A stretch of DNA of 64,000 bases, from positions 28,623,821 through 28,687,820 of the forward strand of contig NC_068984.1 in the NCBI RefSeq assembly GCF_001194135.2. Reading direction: 5' to 3'. The notes under the pieces were generated by a model. It worked only from the letters and a program-made list of their open reading frames with translations, was not told the origin of the DNA and did not search any database. Shown piece after piece: positions 48,286 to 61,400 of the stretch; within the stretch, counting starts at the first letter, position 1, and every line of letters begins with the position of its first letter. Source of the DNA: Octopus bimaculoides (Eukaryota). The translations under genes and the position numbers were made by a program.

Positions 48286-51200
48286 NNNNNNNNNNNNNNN
48301 NNNNNNNNNNNNNNNNNNNNNNNNNNNNNNNNNNNNNNNNNNNNNNNNNNNNNNNNNNNNNNNNNNNNNNNNNNNNNNNNNNNNNNNNNNNNNNNNNNNN
48401 NNNNNNNNNNNNNNNNNNNNNNNNNNNNNNNNNNNNNNNNNNNNNNNNNNNNNNNNNNNNNNNNNNNNNNNNNNNNNNNNNNNNNNNNNNNNNNNNNNNN
48501 NNNNNNNNNNNNNNNNNNNNNNNNNNNNNNNNNNNNNNNNNNNNNNNNNNNNNNNNNNNNNNNNNNNNNNNNNNNNNNNNNNNNNNNNNNNNNNNNNNNN
48601 NNNNNNNNNNNNNNNNNNNNNNNNNNNNNNNNNNNNNNNNNNNNNNNNNNNNNNNNNNNNNNNNNNNNNNNNNNNNNNNNNNNNNNNNNNNNNNNNNNNN
48701 NNNNNNNNNNNNNNNNNNNNNNNNNNNNNNNNNNNNNNNNNNNNNNNNNNNNNNNNNNNNNNNNNNNNNNNNTATATATATATATATATATATTATACAT
48801 CTGCAGATATACAAAGAACCTTTGTTTCATCTAACAATCATGAAAATTATTTGACATAAGAAGTGGCTTAAAATCTAAAACAATGATATTTTTGCAACCT
48901 AAATGGTGATTTTAATGAAGGAAATATTTCTCCCCACAATAAGATTTTTAAGTGAATACAAAACAGACAAAATATACTTTAAAGTTATGACCAGTTTTTC
49001 AAATAAGTAAAAAAAAAAATATAATCGAACAACTTTAATTACTTTACAATGGATAACAAATCATAATCTAATTAAACCAATGAAATTATTATCACTTTCA
49101 TAGAAAGTAATTATTCAAAACAGCTTTTACTCATTTTGATTTCTTTGTTTTAACCAAAATGGTAGTAAGGATGCCAAGCTTAACAGACCGTTTGGAAGTC
49201 TCTCAGATTTGAGAATGTACTCTCCAAGCATATAAAATATTTTAAAAATCTTATGACATTGATATTGTGAGAATATAAAGTTAAATGATAAAGAATTAGA
49301 CTAAATCAGCCAATCAAGTATCAAATGTCTAATTTTTAAGAAAAACCCAAGTCTTCTTACTGATACTTCTTAGGAAAGACATCTAAAACTCAAAAACATA
49401 TGATTTTTTTCGGCATTCTTTAATACTCCGCTGTTTCAAATTTTCCTACTGTCTTAACATGGTTGTACAAGTGAAAAACAAATTTATCACAACTGAAGGA
49501 GTTGAGAGAGAAAAAGAGGAAATAAAACAGAGAAAAAGGAAAATACAAATACAAAGAAATATTAAGAAAAAAATATTCAAGCACAAATAAATTTTGAAAA
49601 GGCATTGCCAGTTTCTTTAAGGCTGGAAGTTTAGTAACTATAACATACTATATTTAATGTTTCCAACATCTCAAAAAATCTGCGATACACTTGTAACACT
49701 TAATGCTAGAGTAAAGAAATTATGATACTTTTTTACCACAAGGACATCTTAAGTTTATCCCATTACTAATTAAAATTTTGCATAAAAAAGATGATCACAT
49801 AGCATTTTATCAAAGGAATCTAAAAAATTCCTTGTTATAAAATGTTGTCTTGCTAAAAACAAGCTAAGTGGATCCATTATATAATTATTGGTTTTAACTG
49901 GAACCTAGTGGCTGAATACAATTTGAAATGGTATTTCCACCTCTTCATTCAATAGATCAATCTATTATTAAAATTTAACTTGTAACGCACAAGAGTATAA
50001 GTTAACAGTTATGTGAAGGCAAATGGGAGACCCAAAGGAATGAAACTGCAGATATTTTATCCTGTCTATTTTAAGTAGCATTTATTGTACAATCATAGAG
50101 GAAAATTCGATAAAATTTAAATATTAGGGAGTGTTTATCTGTGAAATAAGTTTATTGATTAGAGTGTTAAAAATTGGCTTCAGGCACGAGGGGGAAAACA
50201 GATTATTCTGTTCTTAAGTGTTATGAGGTGGTAAAATAAGTCCCAGGGTTTAAAGGGTTAATGTCATTATTAATTAGAGGGAATTCTGAACAAAGTTAAA
50301 AGCATTAAATTGGTTAATTTTAAATTATTTCAGTTCAGTGTGTTGTGATTCTGAGATTACTCCCCACTATAGTTTGCTTAGCCTTTAATAACTCTGGGTA
50401 GAATAAAGTACATGGTAATTATTTTAGTTGTTTAACATTTTGACACTAGGGTCGGCATCTATTGTTGGTTATAAATAGAGCACTAACGTTTACTAACTGA
50501 GCATGGGTAAGAGTTAGTTTATTCTGGAGTATGTTATTCATTTGACTTTGAGAAATTATTACTGATTATTATCTGCAAAAGGTGTTTTATAGTGTTGCAG
50601 CAGCTGAAAAGATATTTCAGATTTTTATGTCTTTGTTATTTATATTATTGTATTGCATTTAACATTAGATTGCATAGGATAAAGATCCAGTCTAATCTAG
50701 CTGATCATAATCTATTAGATTTTGATACAAGAATAAAACTACAGGTTTGAAGGGTGGATTTCTTCAACTAAACCTTATTACTTCTTGGGTAATTTATTTT
50801 ATTTGTCCCAGAAGGATGACTGGCAAATGTAACCTCAGTAAGATTCAAACTCTACAAGCAAAGGAGATATTTTTGTCAGTGCTCTGATGATTCAGTCATT
50901 TTCTAGTCTTAACCAATCACTTTAGATTATAAAATTCTGTAGGTATGTTTTGAACTCAACCTTTGAAGAATTTTAAATCATCTAATAGTATTAGTTCTAT
51001 CTTAAATCATTTGAATATATACACATTTACCTTGTCAAGTAGCATATTTTATAGAGATATTTTAAATGTTTTTAGTTTGTATTTACTAATATTTTAGAAT
51101 TACTTTCGGATAAAAGCTTTTTAACCCTGAAGGATACGGTAAAAGGTATTTTACACAGTCTCTTGAAAAGATTTTAAAAATTGAACAAATTTCATGAAAA

Positions 51201-52056
51201 ACAGCTTTGATTACTGTTGCATATCATATACCGAAATTATAGAAAAAAATTCAGAAATAAAAACCCCAAAAACAAATGAGAGGAAAAAAAAAAAGTAGTT
51301 AAAGAAATTAAACATAACAGAAGCAAGTAATCGAACATTTCTATATGCAATGTTTTAAAGCATTTGAGATACCTATTTTTTAAAATTTTTTCTTTTTTTC
51401 AGAATTAATCAAATTTCTAGTTGTGTGGGTAGGTGAATGCTGAGGTGTGATTAATCAACTTCAAAGAAATGGCAGAAATATTGGATTAAATGCAAAATTG
51501 AAGTTGAAAAGGAGTAGAATATAATACCTTCCTGTTTCTTTCTCTAACTCACTAGCACAACCCCTTCTCCTGCTCGTAAACAACAACACACACACATACT
51601 CTATTTTGATTCCTTTAGTGAAGAAACTGATGTAAGCCATGACAGTCACATATTAACTGAGTGCAAAGAAATGCATTTGTTGACCTACTTATTGCAAACA
51701 TAGACATATTTGGTTATGTTCATGTACAAATGATACATTATCCTCATCATTTTAATGTTAATTTTTCCATGTTTGCATAAATCAAACAGAATTTGTTGAT
51801 GTAAATATTTTGCTATCGAATGCCCTTCCTCTCACCAAGCAAAGTAACATTTCCCCATAGCTGGAAGACTGAAACCAATAAACAATGCTTATGCGATGGC
51901 AATGCTTGTTTAAAACTATTGCACAATGTCAAGACACAGACACAAATACACATCATATCAAACGTGAATAATCTACTCCTCTATATAAAAAGTATATCTA
52001 TCCAATCAACTCAGCAAGGTTCACCCAACTCATGCCAGCATGGGAAGATAGACATT

Positions 52057-52092
<36 letters not shown>

Positions 52093-52920
52093 CATGAATA
52101 CTCTCAGACAGAAATGTTTGTTCATAAATTAAGAAGTTTCTCAAGTTACTGTGGCACTCTTGAGAATATGGAATCCAGTATTGATAAAAATATACCTCTA
52201 AAAAACCATTTTATGACTATCTTAACGTTATACATATTTATTCTTTCCTCTTAAAATATTAGTCACATAGATTGTGTTTTTTACATTTATTGCTGAAATC
52301 TTTAAGAATAATAACTATAAATAATTCCAAACTTCTGCATGTATATATTGGTAAATAAAATTACCATTTTAGTAAATGTAGATTTATAGATAGATGTACA
52401 CAAAGACACATACACACATACAAACACACACATCACTTTGGAAGTATTTCTCACATGCAGGTATTCGGTTTCCAGTTGCCCTAATTCTTTTGAACATTTC
52501 ATTATTCAATCTGTATCAGACAATGAGGTGCTATTTAATCTCTCTCTTTCTCTGTCTATTACTAACACATACACATAACAAATGAAACACTTCCTTTGCC
52601 TTTCTCCATTTTATCTTATACTTACATTCATGTAAATATAAACTTTTATTCATATCATTTTCATAGTTACCTAAAGAGTGTATACATTGTATGTATACAA
52701 TGTAAATGAGAGATTATTTTAATCTGAAACACTGTTCTAAGTATGTGATTAAAATGTAAGACATGTATTCAATGTTTGCAATAAACACTACATGAAATAT
52801 TTAACAGTAAAAGATTTATATGATAATAGTGTTAGAGACATTATGTCCAAGGCTTAAATACTGGAATACAAACCATAAGATACTAAGCACATGCATTAAG
52901 AAAGTAAGAAAGTAAAATAC

Positions 52921-52959
<39 letters not shown>

Positions 52960-53436
52960 GTTATGATAGCTGGTATCTTACAAACAGCTCTTTGGATTTC
53001 ATGCTTCTCTAACAACAGACTGGATTTAGTAAGTAGAAACTGAAAAAAGCCTATTATACGCATATATTGTTTGTATTTATGTTAATTTTAATGCTCCTTT
53101 TTTCTTATGCACTTATGAGTTTGGATGGAGATTTTTTGTTGAAGTGGGACTTTACAGCTGAATGCTCTTTCTGACACCATCTTGTGCGTCTATGTTTGTG
53201 TGTGCACATCTCTGAAAAGTACTGAGTTTCAATCCCCTGTCAAGAAATCATATGCTGGTTTTGCCTATTTGAAAAGGAGATCTATAACTTCAAAAGCTGG
53301 TGAGTGTTAACAACAAGAAAGGCATCCAGCTATAAAACAATTCCTTAATAATATATTTGTCTATCCCATGTTAGCATGGAAAACCTGATGTAAAACGAAC
53401 ATGTAATCTAATATATGTATATTACAGTGAGTGTAT

Positions 53437-53690
53437 GAAGGCATATGGTCTTGTGGTAAGAATGTTGCACGCACAACCATAAGATTGTGGTTTTGATTCC
53501 TGGATCAAGCAGCGATTTGTGTACTTGAGCAAAATACTTCTACATTGATGCAGTCCACTAAACTGCAGATGGGAGACCTGTGATCAACTGAATCTCATTT
53601 AGGAGTATTGTTGTGATCTTGCTCACTTATACAGGATGGACATGGGACAACTGGCCCTATGAGTTCTAGGACTCAAGACAGCAATATCCA
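53437..53690 (+). mobile_element. tRNA-derived SINE (family C), decayed
   Basis: ggcatatggtcttgtggtaag...ttttgattcctgg...cttgagcaaaatacttc...gcagtccact; homologous to 24845. Confidence 0.6.
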
Positions 53691-53918
53691 GGAGTTAATG
53701 AGAATGATATTCTTTTATCTTTTAGATGGAATTTTTAGTTAAATGTATCGACCCCAGTACTTCTTTTTTAAAGCCTGATACTTATTCTATTGGTCTCTTT
53801 TGTTGAACTGTTAAATTACAGGGACATAAACACACCAGCACAGGTTGTCAAATGGTAGTGGGGGACAAAATATCACACTGTGTTTGCATGCTTGTAAATA
53901 TATATACACACATATATA

Positions 53919-54775
53919 CAGGATGTGATGGGTAAATTGTCGCCATTTTATATTTTTAATTTCATGCATGTACATTGTTTGTTTTTCATTTTGCTCACTA
54001 CAGAGTATAGTAGGGTCAGTGAGAAAAACAGCACCATGATGCAATTCACTCTGCCAGAAATTTGGAAATGACATGCTATACTACTTGGCTTTCATGCCAG
54101 AAGCTCCAACAAAAATATTTCAGAGTGTTTGGGTGTCAATTTGAGGACTGCATCTACCGAGTGACAAAAATTAAACATCCAGTCAACATCATGATGTTTG
54201 GAGTGATTACTAGTGATGGCAATGTTATGCCTTCATTCATCTTCCCTCACAGCTTCAGTCTCAACATGGAGGCTTGAATTAAGTGCCTGGAGAAGGTAGT
54301 GCTACCCTGGGTGAAAAGGGTGGCTGCTGGAAGACCCAATGTCTGGCAACAGGACTCTGCACCATACGACACAAGCAGGAGAACCCAATCATGGCTGTCA
54401 GACAATTTCTGTGACCACATCACCCTTAATATCTAGCCACCTAACTCCCCAGACTGCAACCCCCTTGATTATTATGTGTGGGGCACAGTTGAGTGAGAGA
54501 CCATGAAAAGTCCTTGTATCACGAAAGATGAACTGAAGGCAAGTATTATGGCAGTGTTCACCAACTTAAACAAGGAGACTGTCCAGAAGAGTTGCAGGAG
54601 ATTCCAAAGTCGTCCAGAAACTGTGGTTGAAGCCAATGGCGATTTTATTGAATAAATTTACCCTTTAGTATCTCAAAATATTTTTATGCAACTTTGTTAA
54701 ATATATCTGTTAAAATGAGATATCAATGTTTTCATTTTTGTGTAATTTAGATGACAATATACTTACTGCACTCTG
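53919..54775 (+). mobile_element. Internally deleted Tc1/mariner element of the DD37D (maT) family
   Basis: TA at 53917-18 and 54776-77. Imperfect TIRs caggatgtgatgggtaaattgtc / gacaatatacttactgcactctg. The transposase relic runs from ATG 54036 (MMQFTLPEIWK*HAILLGFHA...), jumps to KHPVNIMMFGV...WQQDSAP...PPNSPDCNPLDYYVWG...EANGDFIE* (stop ends 54655), and has 37 residues between the second and third Asp positions. In-frame stops are present. Confidence 0.9.
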
Positions 54776-55465
54776 TACATATATGTTGGGGGAAACTATG
54801 TCAAATACAAGTTTATATCATTTGTTCCCTATATATGTTTAATCACTGTCATTGTTTGGAACCTCAGCATTTGCTGTTCCAAGTACAATTGGATGCTTAA
54901 CCACTACAGTTCATCCAGGGTACATTTCATTGCATTATAATACAGAGATCAAGTATACAGACTCAACAGTGACAATTGTACATTTAACTGTACACACAAG
55001 ATAAGTTATACAGATACATAGATACATATATATCTATGTGTGTAGGTACACATACATGTGTGAGTTTCTGTCTGTCTGTCTGTATGTATGTATCTATGTA
55101 TACATGTATGTTTATGCATGTGTATGTTTGTGTATGTATTTATATGTCTTTATTTGTTCTTATGTTTACACAAGACTAGACTAAAACTGGTATTCTTTGT
55201 TGTGTCTCTTTATAGCCTATAACTATATCACTGCATAGAGACTGATAAGTCTTGAAATACTGGGATTCATATGATTGGCTAAATTTGCGAAGACAAGACT
55301 CAGTGTAGCTACAGTCCAATGACTGAAACTAATATATCTATATTGATTGATAGGCAGACAGACAGAAAATCTATTTACTCTTTGGTAATGTACAAAATTC
55401 ATATTGAATTCTCTTTGGATTTCAGCTACCTTCATGTCTCTTTCAAGAATACATATGCATAAATT

Positions 55466-55497
<32 letters not shown>

Positions 55498-56256
55498 TGA
55501 TCATACAGGTAACGAAGAGGCAAGTGTTTCTGCATTGGCAAGAATTGAGTTATTTAATAAATTCGACAAAATTTGGGCAGTGAACTTGGTGTGAGGAGTG
55601 AAAAATCCAGTGTTTCAGATAATCCCTTTTCAACAAAAATTTGACAGGTGAGAAACTAGAGACACAGCAGAGTTTCTACATTTTCTAAGTTAGAAAAACT
55701 GTTTGGAATTGATAAGGAATACGAGACCACAGGAGCTTCATATACTGATAGGAAGGAATAGAAAAGAGAAGCTGGGAGAGAGAGAGGTAGAATGAAACAG
55801 GAATGTAATGAAGCAAAGAAGTGGGCAAAGGCAAGAGAGAATTAAAAGATAAGAAAGAGCTAAATGAAATCAGAAGAAGTGTAGGAGAAAGAAAAATGCT
55901 CATTTAAACCTGGTTGTGACAAAGTACCAAGCTCAACTATGAAACATTGTTCTCCATTTCCTTGAATATGTAGATCTCTGGTGTACCTGTAACTACTTCA
56001 ACACCTTAGCTTCACATAAGTATCATGAATTATAGCTCAAAAATCTTCAGTAGACATTTCCCTCTTTCTCTCTCTGTGTACATGTATATATATACACAAT
56101 TTAAATATAGGATAAAATCTTTATAAGAATTTATCAAGTAGTTAGCGTGAAAAACCTCAGAATGGAAAAATTTATTAATTATTCCCTATAAATATATTTA
56201 TTTATATTAAGGGCATTACTATACATAAATGCTCTTAAAAATAAATAAGTGAATGA

Positions 56257-56303
<47 letters not shown>

Positions 56304-56346
56304 TATATAAAATCAAAAAGATACAATTTTGGATAAGATTATGCCA

Positions 56347-56377
<31 letters not shown>

Positions 56378-57267
56378 AGTAAGTGAGCATACTAATAGAC
56401 TCCTCTATGTAGGTCCTTTAGGATTATAGGAGTTAATATTGTAAAGTTCAGCCTGGTTGATCAAAGAAACAGTTCTGCTGTAAAATTCTTTAACATGTTG
56501 CCTGTTATACAATGTTATGTCAAACATTTTGAATTCACACTGTTTAGTATAGTATACAATAATCTCACAGGACACTGCACAGCAAAATGTGACAAGTTTC
56601 AGTTGCTACATGGTACAATAACTTTTTTGATGCCAAAGAAAATAATTTTCGAAATGATGCAATGTACTAAAAGGTTTTTATAAAAGTGTCACAGACTAAA
56701 TAGTGCCATACATTGAGATGCCTTGAGAAATGACATCAGAGATATATTCATGTCATGTTGACAAAAAAAATAAATAAATAAATAAAAGAATATATTTAGC
56801 AACAAATATCAGTTTATACTGAGATATACAGAAATACTACAATTAATGTAGCAGTAAAATACAGTTATGCCAAACCTTGTAAAATATGACTATAAATGCC
56901 AAAAATGTTCATTCTTTTAACATGATTTCATATGCACAACTTTAAATGCATAATATAATTTTTTGATCATCTCACATATTTTGCTGAGTTTTTTTTTTTT
57001 ATATTTTAAACTCTTTAGCAAGAAAATATTCTTTCTTAATGTTAAATAATAGCACATTAAACAAAAGAAATTCTCTGAAATTGCAAGATCAATTTACGAA
57101 AATATTCCAGAGTATGGAAGATATTTATATCAAAACTAAAGTATCAAAATAATCTTTTGATATATAAAATAACTAAATATAGTTGAAGATTATATATATG
57201 TATATCTGTATATATATATATATATAATGAGCATCATGATATATAATATATATATATAATCATCATT

Positions 57268-57302
<35 letters not shown>

Positions 57303-57600
57303 NNNNNNNNNNNNNNNNNNNNNNNNNNNNNNNNNNNNNNNNNNNNNNNNNNNNNNNNNNNNNNNNNNNNNNNNNNNNNNNNNNNNNNNNNNNNNNNNNN
57401 NNNNNNNNNNNNNNNNNNNNNNNNNNNNNNNNNNNNNNNNNNNNNNNNNNNNNNNNNNNNNNNNNNNNNNNNNNNNNNNNNNNNNNNNNNNNNNNNNNNN
57501 NNNNNNNNNNNNNNNNNNNNNNNNNNNNNNNNNNNNNNNNNNNNNNNNNNNNNNNNNNNNNNNNNNNNNNNNNNNNNNNNNNNNNNNNNNNNNNNNNNNN

Positions 57601-57648
<48 letters not shown>

Positions 57649-60191
57649 GCACCTGTATATATGTACAAATACACGCATATACACGCATATACACGCATAT
57701 ACAGATACACACTTATGTATGTACATATATATGCATGTACATACATTTATATATACATGATAATAGGATGGGAAATTGAAGAAAACTATTCTGGTTTGTA
57801 CAATATTTATGGCAAGAAAATCTTTACTAAATGTTTGATCAAAGGCACTCATAATTGCTTGAAAATTATTCAGTCAACAATGATAAATTGCATGATCAAC
57901 TGAACTAATCATCCTTTTTTTTTTGTTATATTGTATTTTAGTTATTATTTGATTTATAATCTTTTTTGTTATTTCTTTACTTTGCTTTTTTCAACTGCCA
58001 TAAACTAGTTAGACAGAAAATATTTTGAAAGGCTAGGCAATTAATCAAAATAATGAATAACAGAACTTCAATATGAATGATTACATATTTAAAGTTTAAT
58101 TGCTTTAAGTCACAGATAATTGGACTAATGCATGATCACTGTTTTAGTATTCGAGCTTGTTATTGCAATATTTTACTTAATTGTTTTCTTATTTTTATCA
58201 CAATTATAACTGAGGTTAGAAATGTTTATCTTTACTATCTTCATGCATGATTTTGCCAATTCCACTGACTCAAAGTTCCTATCTTGTTCAGTCTTGAATA
58301 GCTTTAAAGTCATTTAGTTCCACAACCTGTCACTTTAAAACTAAGTAGCCTCCCTTGTTTGTTGTACTGCCATAAATCAATCAATCTTGCTTTGAAGTCA
58401 TCTTCAGGTTTCTAGCAAGCACAATACGTTTGTTAAAATGTTGAATAAAACCTGAGGACAGCAAAAAGTCTTAATCTTATGTCAGAGTTTAAGGTTCTCA
58501 GAACTTTTGTAAGCTTTAAAGCACTGAACACTAATTCTAGTTGTAAATTTATATTTTGTGTATTCTCCATATTTTGGTGATGTAAATTTTTCAGATTTCG
58601 GGTAAATCAGTTATATGTTCAGTTTTCCTTTCTTACTGTAGATATGACATTAATATATTCAATTAGGATCTTTACTAGCAATCATTGTTAATTTGTGACT
58701 TATTACTTCCTCTCTCCCTTCTTTGGGCATATTCCAGTGGAAGATTACAGACTATAGTCCAGCAAATGCATGAAACATATATTATCACAAAGCATTCAAA
58801 TATGAAAGCTTCAATTCTAGGAAGCATTTAGACAGCTGCAAGGAAGTAGAAATTAAAATTTATATAAAAGCCTTTGTTAGAAATATTGTCGACATGAGTA
58901 TTCAAAAGCTACACTAATTAGATAGGAACAACCACAAATTAACATGCACTGGGAAATATTTGTCATTCAACAATTTATTATCTCATTTGCCTGTTACATT
59001 CCATTCAGCTCATCACAGTGCTGTATAATTCTGCATAGGTTACAGTGGCATGGTTATTATTGAATTGATTATGTTTATATACTGAATTTTTCAGTTCATA
59101 ATTAGGGCTGGCTAAATTCAAAATATATAGTATACACATTTTTCTCTACATGTTTGCAATCTGACTATAATTTATTCTGTATTATCATTGGAAGGGTTTC
59201 AAGAGAATTGTTGATGAGAAACTTTATTAACAAAATTCTACTCAGAGCCTCATGGTCCAGCTTTAAGGTATCTTCTTTTCCTTAATTTTGTATTTAGAGA
59301 GATGTTTGAAGCAATGAAATTAGAAATTACCATGAAAAGCAACCAAATTCTTTAATTTTTATAGTTGTGTATTCATAATAAAATTAGCCAAATACATTCT
59401 TTAAAAGAAAGGTAAAACTGACAGATATCCAAAGGGAACAAGAGAACTAAATATCAAAACACATTAAAATATGTTAAAAAATTCAGATAAAATCATAAAT
59501 ATTCTTGAGCATTTCAATATAGTATTTCTTTTCCTGATACAAAGTTAATAATAGTTTCTCTTCAAATGGAATATAATTTTCATCTTAAAGAAATTGTTTA
59601 AAAAATTAAGTGAAAATTTTTTGATTTCAGCCAGTAGAGAGTTAACAACAGTAATATAAAATTTACTCATACAAGAAAATTTTATCAACTTATATTAAAT
59701 CTGTTCACGTCAATGTAATCAAATTAAAACTGTAAGAAACTTTAAAAAATTTATGGTCATGTCCAGAATTGCTAATCCTTCAGCTCATCCATGTGTGAAA
59801 AGTGTGAAGTATATGTGAATAATTCTAGGTATTATGGTGTATTTGTGGAGAATGAGATCTCACTTCCCTGCATTTTACTACATGGCAAACAAATTTATTC
59901 CTCTGTATAGATTAAGAAAAACTGAAATTAAGATTAGGAAGAACCATCAAATTTTTTAAAAAAGGCTCAAAGAGATAGATCATGCAATAAATAAAATAAG
60001 TAAAAACACTTAAATCATATGTCAATATTATTTAGTGAAAATAACTGAGGATGCTTTCCTCTATCTTTTTTTTTTTTTTGTCCTCATAAACTTTCCACAT
60101 AATCATTCATTTTTTAACCTTTGATTATGTATAAATACACTTGTAAAACTTCTGAATTATATAGAAAAGATATCATTTTCATAATACTCAC

Positions 60192-60396
60192 CTAATACAA
60201 ATAGATTCACCTTGTTAATTTTTACAGGAACTGTATTAATTTGACAGTTGAATTGACCTTGATCAGATGGTTCCACATCCCTTATATGTAAGTTCCACTC
60301 ACCAGGATGATCACGAACCACCATTATACGAACATCATCAGTAATTCGACGATCTCGCATCGTCAACAGTGTATGTCTTTGATTTGTCCATATAAC
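60192..60396 (-). CDS. Internal coding exon of an Ig-superfamily cell-adhesion gene (Lachesin/DIP/Dpr/IgLON-like), C-terminal part of an Ig domain
   Basis: On the minus strand, the acceptor is ttattcttgttctttttgtgttag|GTT (AG at 60398-60397) and the donor is TTAG|gtgagt (GT at 60191-60190). The exon is 205 nt = 68 codons + 1, with phase 0 in and phase 1 out. Translation: VIWTNQRHTLLTMRDRRITDDVRIMVVRDHPGEWNLHIRDVEPSDQGQFNCQINTVPVKINKVNLFVL. This has the C-strand Trp, the WNLHI E-strand, the D-x-G-x-F/Y-x-C F-strand motif and a CQINTxP tail typical of the first Ig domain of Lachesin/DIP proteins. The orthologue cannot be assigned. Confidence 0.9.
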
Positions 60397-60839
60397 CTAA
60401 CACAAAAAGAACAAGAATAAAGATAATATTAGTACTAACATATAATAATAATAATTTCTCACATATGCAGGAAATAAAAATTGAAGGAAAAAATAGTCAC
60501 ATTGTTGGTTATTGTATTGGACACAATTCATCATATCCAGAAAAATGAAATGGGGAAATCAAGTCCAACAGTGTTTGAACACAACATACAGAAAATAGAA
60601 AATAAATACTCTTAGATATTTTATCAAATAATACACCGTTTCTTTTAAACAACATTAACAATCTGAATCAACAAGGGAGCCTATTTACTAGTTTTCACTT
60701 AACCTACAAGAAATAGCAACTAAATCTTCCATAAATCATACATCAGCATTTTAAATGGTAAATGATGTTACATTAGATACTTTCTGGAAAATAAAACAAC
60801 TGTGTTCATAAGTTTGCTAAATCAGAGCTGACTTAGAGT

Positions 60840-61210
60840 TAATGAGTAACGATAACACTCAAGCACATGCTTACAAAATCAAAAAAAAACAACACAGAAC
60901 CCATGACTTTCAGAAGCATTTTTTCATGTGCAGAATTTCTGAAGCATGGAATAAACTACCTGCATCAGTTGTTAACTGTCAAGACATTACATTCTTCAAA
61001 GCTTTCATACTTCTTGAAATTTGCCAACAGTACACCTGATGCTCCCCACCCACCGTTTCTTCTTCTTTATTTTTTTTTCAGGCCTTTTTTTCACTGTTCA
61101 CTCCCTGTGTATATTTTATGTACTGTACATGCAGTTTTGGTTACTTTTTTTCTGATGAGTTTTAGTGCGCCTGAGTACTATATACAATAAGTGCATTATT
61201 ATTATTATTA
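60840..61210 (+). mobile_element. CR1-clade LINE 3' end with (ATT)n tail
   Basis: Translation NTQAHAYKIKKKQHRTHDFQKHFFMCRISEAWNKLPASVV is the CR1 C-terminal TRGH...FF..R....WN.LP..VV motif. A 3' UTR ending cattattattatt follows. Confidence 0.8.
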
Positions 61211-61239
61211 TAATTGCTTGCACACTGGATGGAATTCTT

Positions 61240-61400
61240 AGCATCACTACATTCTGAGTTCAAATTCCGCCGAGGTCAACTTTGCCTTTCATCTTTTTGG
61301 GGTTGATAAATTAAGTACCGCTTACGCAATGGGGTTGACATAATCGACTAATCCCCTCCCACCAAATTTCAGGCCTTGTGCCTATAGTAGAAAGAATTAT
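61240..61400 (+). mobile_element. SINE family A, directly after the CR1 tail
   Basis: ttctgagttcaaattccgccgaggtc...gataaattaagtacc...ggccttgtgcctatagtagaaagaattattatt. Confidence 0.75.
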
